64,000 nucleotides of DNA from Octopus vulgaris (Eukaryota): positions 156,488,001-156,552,000 of the forward strand of contig OX597814.1 of the NCBI GenBank assembly GCA_951406725.2, in the 5' to 3' direction. The position numbers and the translations under genes are program-made. The notes beneath the pieces were generated by a model. The model saw only the letters and a list, made by a program, of their open reading frames with translations, made no database searches and was not told where the DNA came from. Each line of letters begins with the position of its first letter. Within the stretch, counting starts at the first letter, position 1. Shown here piece after piece: positions 56,260 through 64,000 of the stretch.

Positions 56260-56912
56260 TACAAAAATAAGGAATGAACAGGTAAAACACGGAGTTAGAC
56301 CGTTTCATAGGAAAGTGATATTTGTTACATAAGTTGTAACATACAGAAAAACAGCTTAGCTAATCTTCAGGTCCTGTTACTTCACTGTTGTTACATTGTC
56401 GTGTGAAGATGAGTAAATGAATTCTCACAGTGGTCGCATAGCTGACAGGTCGCAAATTCTGTCTCACTTTTTTCTATCCTTCGGGATGTCTTCTAAGGGT
56501 TACCCACTATTCTTTTCTTTTAGGCCCAAAGGCTATATTTTGCTCGTTTCTTATTTATTTCATCTTCGTCCATCGTCCTAAATCACATTTATTCACTTTC
56601 TTATGTCTACTCTGTATTGTTTTGTTTGCTTTCGGCCCTATATTCCCCGCAAATTTTTGCGAGCACCACCAGCAGTTCTCAATCTGTGAAGTTCCCAGTC
56701 TAATCATTAATGGTGCGAAACTGAGGATTACCATTTGGTTGATAACTGATGAAGAATCAAGAACCTTCTGCATCTGTCTCCTGTCCGGTTGTACACTCAG
56801 TATACATTATGTCGTTTGCTTATTTACCATACACTTTTTCATTTATTAAGTAACGAATGCAACGCACACCGTATTGCATGTGTGTGTGTGTGTGTATATA
56901 TGAATGTATGTA

Positions 56913-57093
56913 CCAGTAAAGTTAATCGCCACATCAAAGTGGCTGTTCCATGTTACTACAAGCGTAACCCCAGGCAGATCTTCCGCCAGCTGGTTATCGG
57001 TGCAGCCTGCACCCTGTGCATATATATTGCTAGTAGAGGAGCAATAGTTGTAACATGGAACAGCTACATTGATGTAGCAATTAACTTTACTGG
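56913..57093. mobile_element. MITE with ~48-bp TIRs
   Basis: ccagtaaagttaatcgccacatcaaagtggctgttccatgttac / gtaacatggaacagctacattgatgtagcaattaactttactgg; preceded by TA. Confidence 0.82.
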
Positions 57094-57434
57094 TTAGTAT
57101 AGTTACTACACTGATCTCTTCTTGAGATTTTACAACTAGCTCCTTTGCTTGTTGCAAATCTGTGACAAATATATATATTACTGGCTGGTCAATATATATT
57201 ACTGTGACCAAAGAACCCCGATGTTGGTGTGTTTATGTCCCCGTAACTTAGCGGTTCGATAAAAGAGAACGATAGAATAAGTACTAGGTTTACAAAGAAT
57301 AAGTACTGGGGTCGATTTGTTCGACTAAAAGTGGTGCTCTAGCATGGCCGCAGTCAAATAGCTGAAACATATAAAAGAATATTACAATTTTTCTTTTGTT
57401 AAAATACCATAATAAAAAACGTGAAAACCAGATT

Positions 57435-57484
<50 letters not shown>

Positions 57485-57491
<7 letters not shown>

Positions 57492-58108
57492 TTCTAGGTT
57501 TTTCATTTTTCAGATGTTCTTCCTAGAAGTAAGACAATTTTTTTCATGTTTGTTGCACACACGCATCTTTACTAGTACATACGCAGTGAAGCTATGCATT
57601 AGCGTCGTATTTATTACGTTCGCTATTTTCCAGTAAATATCGGTGCTTCGTTGTGCCATTTATTTACTTTTATATGTATAATTTTACCCTCACGGGCTAT
57701 CCTTTACTGGAAAGCAATACTCTCGTATTGCATTACTATTTTCATTGAAAATTCTTCACTGTTCTCGTTCTGTTAACGTTTTGGCGTTCAGACGAGTGTA
57801 CTGGCATAGATGTGGCAACATTTGAAATATTGTCGAGGTATATGCAGCTGATGAAGATAAATCAAATATACGTTGGCAAACGTATTTTGAAGAATCTGAA
57901 ACCGGTACTGCATTATCCGTTTCTAGGTTTTTCATTTTTCAGATGTTCTTACTAGAGGTAAGACAATTTGTTCATGTTTGTTGCACACACGCATCTTTAC
58001 TAGTACATACGCAATGAAGCTATACATTAGCGTCGTATTTATTACGTTCGCTATTTTCCAGTAAATATCGGTGCTTCGTTTTGCCATTTATTTACTTTTA
58101 TATGTATA
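57485..58108 (+). mobile_element. Retrozyme/PLE-pLTR-like unit: ~429-bp period with ~195-bp terminal redundancy, inserted in (TA)n
   Basis: 57485-57680 is repeated at 57914-58108. An intact hammerhead immediately precedes the second copy. Confidence 0.75.
57842..57913 (+). ncRNA. Intact type I hammerhead ribozyme
   Basis: ATGCAG-CTGATGA-AGAT...ATCT-GAAA-CCGGTA-CTGCAT: perfect 6-bp stem I, extended stem II, ACCGGT palindromic stem III, GUA cleavage triplet. Confidence 0.88.
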
Positions 58109-59557
58109 TATATACCCCCAAAATAAGGAATGAACGGGTAAAACACGAAGTTAGACCGTTTCATGGGAAAGTGATGTTTGTTACATAAGTTGTAACATAC
58201 AGAAAAACAGCTTAGCTAATCTTCAGGTCCTGTTACTTCACTGTTGTTACATTGGCGTGTGGAGATAAGTAAATGAATTATTAAACTACTCACAGCACGA
58301 AGCCAAAACGTATTTTGATCGGACTAATGATTATGGATTAAATGTTTATCCACTCTCAGACATATCTTTGAGTTCTTTATTGTAAGTGGATGGATATAAC
58401 TTCTTTGAACTTATCACAACTTGGAATATGTATGTGGTGGTGATGGTGGGGGGACGATAAAGGGGAGAGAAAGAGAGAGAATGAGAAACAGTAAAAGGAC
58501 TTTAAAACAAAAATGCACTTTTGAAACAGCGCGCCAATTAACTGGCGTAACTTGCCTATGATTCTAGTTCTGTATGTAGATGGCCTTGTTCTTTAGGTTA
58601 AGTAGAGTTTCATCATGTCACGTCAGATTGTCACTGAGCTACATGCGATAGGACGAGCGTCAATCTGTCGCAAGTTCAACAATCAAGTGTTTGGAAGACA
58701 AACGTTGATGCAGAAGCCTTTGGTATATATACATAAGTGTGCGAATGCGTAAGATAAAAGTTTATATTCGGGTTATTTTTTTTAAGTTTGAGAATAAAAA
58801 TAGAACATTTACTGATTTACTGATGGTGAAAATCACTACTGAGGGTAGATTCAGATTTAATGAAAATTTTGTTTTGACGGGGATTTTCGTTCCACCCGAT
58901 GAGAAAGATCGACTAAACCGTCAAGCGAAACTTAATGTCGAATCAACATGCACACTCATACATATGATATGTATTATATCTATACACAGAGAGAGAAAGA
59001 AAGCGAGAGAGAGAAAGATTCAGAGAGAGAGGGTAAAAGAAATATAGAGTCAGAGAGAGGAGGCGAGAGATTCAGATTTTTCTTTAAATTCAAGGATTAT
59101 TTCTGAAATTTTCTGACCTTTAATACTCTTTATCAATGCAAACACTTGGAGACTTCATCGTGAATGTAATCTAATGAGTTGAAAAATAGAGCTTGTAGTT
59201 ATAAATGAAAAGTGAACGCATTTTGTATACATGCATTCAATTTTGACACACACACACATGTAATTTGTGTACATACATGCATTTTGTACGCATGAGTTCA
59301 TTTCATACACATTCATCTATTTGTGGGTGCGGTACACATCTGTTCTTTCTAAATGTGTGCAGCAGAGAAGTAAAATGCAACTGTAAGTGCAGCTGTGCAT
59401 TTGCTTGACATATCTTGTAAAGCTTGTTTATATGTCTTAATGTTTATTTGTGTGAACGTATTTATTTATCGTTATGTACATATTTTTGCATGTATGTTTG
59501 TATCTATATATATATTTATGTACATATATATGTATATGTATGTACGTGTGTGAGTAT

Positions 59558-59620
<63 letters not shown>

Positions 59621-60122
59621 TATATATTTACAAATATGTAAGAATACACACACTCACACGCACGCACACGCACACACACACATATATATATGTGTGTATG
59701 TATATATGCTTGTATATATATAGAGAGAGAGAGAGACTCGCGGGTGCGTGTGTGGTAAGAGCCTTCCTTCCCAGTCACATGGTTCCGAGTTCAGTCCTAC
59801 TGTGTGGCACCTTGGGCAAGTGTCTTCTGCTATAGCCTCGGGCAACGAAAGCCTTATGAATGGATTTGGTAGACAGAAACTATTGTGTGTGCGCGTGTGT
59901 GTGTGTGTGTGCGTGCGTGTGTGTGTTGCTATCTACTGTTGGTGTGTTTACGTCTCTGTAACTTATCGGCTCGTCAAAGTGACCGCTAGAATAAGTACCA
60001 GGTTTTAAAATAATAGGTATTGTGATCGATTTGTTCGACAAAATTTCTTCAAGGCGGTACTCCAGTATGGCCACAGTCTACCGTCTTAAACAAGTGAAAG
60101 ACAAAAGATGCACACAAAAGAT

Positions 60123-60172
<50 letters not shown>

Positions 60173-60435
60173 TCAAATTTAAAATGAGGGTAAGAAACTG
60201 GATATTAATTTAATTAACATCAATTTAACACCAGTGGTCTAGCATATTAAAATCTGAAAGTTCAGTAAGTTGTATTATATACATATGAGAGGGATGACCA
60301 CTATGTAGACAACCCTTATGCTAGAATTAGATCCGCTATGTTCTTACCACTAGGAAATGTTCTCAAGAAAAAAAATTTAGCAAACACCAGAACGTAAGCG
60401 AGCGAGACAAATGAAAAGTAACAAATACAGATTAT

Positions 60436-60507
60436 TCATATACATGTTTCACTATTAACAGATTACGTAATATTACTTACGCAATTGTCCGTAGATCTTC
60501 AGTCTGA
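60436..60507 (-). ncRNA. Type I hammerhead-like motif
   Basis: Minus strand tcaga-CTGAAGA-...-GAAAC-AT-GTA-tatga; ACATGT palindrome; one stem I mismatch. Confidence 0.6.
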
Positions 60508-60684
60508 CCGTCCATGCAAATATAATTTGCAGAGCTGCCGATGCCTATTCGCCTCTAAAAACATATATATTTCAAGTGAAAATAGAAATGTTACATTTCT
60601 AAATCTCTCAGAGAGATTTATACAGTAGCAGCACGATAAAGTGATGGCATGTTGTCACCTTAATGTGACAGTCCCAGACTTCAC

Positions 60685-60728
60685 TCCAGACTGATGATGA
60701 GCAAATGACTCTGAAACTAGTCTCTGGA
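60685..60728 (+). ncRNA. Minimal type I hammerhead ribozyme
   Basis: TCCAGA-CTGATGA-tGAGcaaatgaCTCt-GAAAC-TA-GTC-TCTGGA; ACTAGT palindromic stem III. Confidence 0.8.
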
Positions 60729-60887
60729 TGCTGACTTCTTTGGGTGGAGGTGCTTATCTCGCTTTTGAAAACATAAGGACACAGAAAATGTTATGGCCAG
60801 TTGGAAACGGTACTTCCTGGAGCTAAATAGCAGTAGCATTCTTTCCTTTCATAGGACTGTCACATTAAGTTGACAATATGCCATCAG

Positions 60888-60949
<62 letters not shown>

Positions 60950-61109
60950 GGGAGCGCTGCGAACTGACTTAAGGCACATTCGAACCCGTATATACTGAAG
61001 AGATGATAACCACTCAGAAATGCACTTCGAATATGCCTCACGTCTATTTTACTTGGTAACAAGTTTGTATTTATATACATCACTGCTTAGCGCTATCATC
61101 ACGTGTGTG

Positions 61110-61154
<45 letters not shown>

Positions 61155-61699
61155 ATATTTATAAATATATATATATATATATATATAAATTCTGGTATAT
61201 GTATGTGAGCGCTTTGTGTGTGTGTGGTAACGCTGTGATAGGTCATACCAGCACTGACCACTGGTCACAGCTTTCATTTAAGCAGAAACAGCTACATCCT
61301 AGAGAATGCAATTTCATAACTCTTCTTTATTATTAAATTAATATTTATGTGCATGTGTGTGCGTGTGAATGTGTGTGTGTATGTGTGTGTGTGTGTGTAT
61401 GAGTGTGTATGTGTGTGTGCATGTGTGTGTGTGTGAGTCTGTGTGTGTGTGTGTGTGTAAGTGACAAAATGATAGTCTAAGCATTGCATAGACAGTCACC
61501 AAATTGGACTTACAGAGATCAGAATCTTAAACTCACACTTCTAGGGTAAAGCAATCTAGAGATAGAAAAAATGTCAGCTTGGAGAACGAACGAAATTGTG
61601 TGTATGGAAGTAGAAAGGCAAACAAAAACGATAACAGAAGTAAGGAATGCATTTGTATAAGTTGCTATACAATTTACGTGATGTAATTAACTCATTCAA

Positions 61700-62935
61700 C
61701 AATCGCTCTGATACAAAGAAAGTACTTTTGATCATTATCCTAGAACATTTGAAGTCGTTGCTGAAATAAGAAATGTTTACAGAACAGGTTGGCTTTAGAA
61801 ATAGACGTGGAACAAGAGATCATTCGCACAATCTGCACTCAATTTTAGGAAAAATAAGAACACACAACCTTACGACTTTCCTTTGCTACATTGACTTCAG
61901 AAAGGTTTGATTGTGCAAGTTATAGCCACCTGTGGCGCATTATGTCTTATCTCGGCATTCCGAAACATCTCATTAGCTTCATGAAGCAGCTTTACATTCA
62001 ACAACAGTCCTGCGTTCGAGTAACTAAGAAGACAGAAAAGTTCGAAAATGGGAAAAGCGTTCATCAGGGCTGCATTCTTTCTTTATGTTTGTTCAACATT
62101 TACACAGAGTGGATAATACGAGAAGTAATACAGGAAGATGATGGTATCAAAATACATGACTTACATATTTCTAATCTAAGGTATGCAGACGAAACTTTTC
62201 TACTTACCAAACTACATGAAATGACTGAGTCTAGAATGCATCAAATACACATGGACTTTACTTCAAACTTAAGAAAACAAAAATTGTGGTTTCAGGAAAT
62301 GACAAAGTAAATGCTATCACCAAACTGGACAGTGAGAGGTTCGAGCAAGTTGAATTGTACAAGTATCTTTGAGCTCAAAATATCTGATGCAGCCACATAT
62401 AAGAAAAATTAGGACACGGGTAGCCATAGCAAGAACGTTCATAGAAAGACTTAATAGCATCTGAAGCAGTAAAAGAGTCCGATCAAGGTTAAAAACAAGG
62501 CTAGTACGAATGATCATTTGGCTAATATGTATTTATTGCTGTGAAACATGAACTCCGAACTAATCTGGAGAGAAAATAATCACTGCGTTTGAAATGTCAG
62601 TGCATAGGAGAATGTTACGAGTCTCTTACAAGGACCATCAGACAAATGAATGGGTGTTGTAACAAGTAGGTAAAAGACAACTCCTGAACATTGGGGAAAA
62701 ACAAAAGCCCGTCTATTATGGACATATCCAAATAAGTAAAAGTTTGGAAAATATTATCATACAGGGAATGATAGAGGGTAGTCGATCAAGAGGCAGACAA
62801 AGAACTCAATGGATGGACAATATCACAAGCTGGTTACACCAATGTAGAAAGGCAGCTGGAGGACACCGCTTTATATGGAAGTCTTTTGCTGTAATGTGAT
62901 CAATTTGCTGCAGGCGCATGATGCATGATGACGAA
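61700..62935 (+). pseudogene. RTE-clade LINE, 5'-truncated RT to 3' end
   Basis: EQVGFRNRRGTRD, LCYIDFRK, VHQGCILSLCLFNIYTE, ISNLRYADE, AFEMSVHRRMLRVS, IIIQGMIEGSRSRGRQRTQWMDNI; short (ATG)-type tail. Confidence 0.93.
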
Positions 62936-63239
62936 GCAACTAACATCTTTACAACTGTTTCGAACGGTCGATTATTAGTTCATATAACAAAGCTCATTAT
63001 TCAAGCTGTAGCAATACTGAGACAGTATTTTAGTTATACATAAAAGCAAAGTAAGGTAGCACGGAATTAATAGCTCCGTGCTGCAGAGTCACAGCACTCT
63101 CTTCGGCAGATCTAGAACAAATAACAATAGCACAAATGCGACGAGGGGCACAAGATGTGAATATAAAGACAACGTGAGATAAACAAAAGTTCGAACAGTG
63201 ATGGATAATGAACAAAATGTATGCACTCGAAAAATAGCA

Positions 63240-63312
<73 letters not shown>

Positions 63313-63344
63313 TATAGATATATAGATACATATATATATGCACA

Positions 63345-64000
63345 CACGTAGAAGTAAATAGACACCCTTATAATCGTTAAAATTTATTTAAATCTGAAAT
63401 TATACATTCAAATTATTTGTTAATTACTATAATGCGAATAATATTTAGTAGACATGCCTTTTGCACTTTTCAGTGCATTTTCACTGCCTATTAGACATGA
63501 CACAGATCAGATGAGGAATATTCTCTTAACGAATCTCATGCCATGTTTCATGCAGTAATCACAAAAAAATCTGAATTCGAGGATGCTTTCTTGTTCTTTT
63601 TACAAAATATCCTGTCCATTATTCCTCAAAGGTGTTCAGTAGGGTTCATATCTAGGTTATCTTTCCTTCATACTCCACCCGCTCTGATCGACCATTGCTC
63701 CCTAGACCATCACAGAATAGCCACCATTGTTGGTTGCAGCCTTTGTACATCGGTTTTTTGATCACAGAGTCTCCAGACCCACACTCGACCACTGTCAGAA
63801 TGTACTGCAAATCTGAACTCATCAGAGAATATGGTAGTGTCCCAAAATGCTAGTGACCTTTCCAACATCTTACTGGCCCAATCTTTTCTCCTCTTCATGT
63901 TGCCTGGTTGAAGAAGTGACTTCCTTCTTGCTGCTCTGCCATAGAAGCCAAGTTTGTGAAGATACTTGACAGCTGTTCTGAGACTGACATCCACATGTTT
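63345..64000 (-). mobile_element. Tc1 (DD34E) transposon remnant, running off the window
   Basis: LHKLGFYGRAARRKSLL..RRKDWA..WDTTIFSDEFRF..SDSGRVWVWR; later DMNPTEHL. TIR-like end near 63345-63368. Confidence 0.92.

Larger units (their letters stand above)
56262..58279. repeat. ~160-bp direct repeats at 56262-56423 and 58119-58279
   Basis: caaaa(a)taaggaatgaac..ttagaccgtttcat..ctaatcttcaggtcctgttac is nearly identical in both copies; each starts next to (TA)n. Confidence 0.88.

Noticed and set aside
60974-61037. CTGAAGA...GAAA within a short inverted repeat
   Set aside because: No proper stem II or cleavage triplet geometry.

Overview
AT-rich, microsatellite-dense eukaryotic DNA, mostly intronic or intergenic. 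The SINE families and repeat landscape look like an octopus (coleoid cephalopod) genome; this is an inference from recognising the repeats. Almost all long ORFs in the track are microsatellite artefacts. Real content is decayed mobile DNA: mariner, maT/DD37D, Tc1, pogo/Tigger and hAT-Buster transposase remnants, several MITEs, a Helitron 3' end, tRNA-derived SINEs (some with clear TSDs), R4/Dong-type and RTE LINE fragments, and Penelope-like element (PLE) fragments. One 126-bp candidate host exon lies at 39730-39855. Three things stand out. (1) A ~3.5-kb microsatellite-free minus-strand segment (about 11.9-15.45 kb) has a fragmented translation with motifs resembling RdRp F-A-B-C-D-E of a bunyavirus-like L protein in the correct order, making it a candidate ancient non-retroviral endogenous viral element. 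(2) More than a dozen type I hammerhead ribozyme-like motifs occur, including an intact one inside a ~429-bp partial tandem unit that looks like a non-LTR retrozyme. (3) An ORF1-only Tx1/L1-like element has its ORF2 deleted between the first and last few codons. All identifications were made by eye without database searches.
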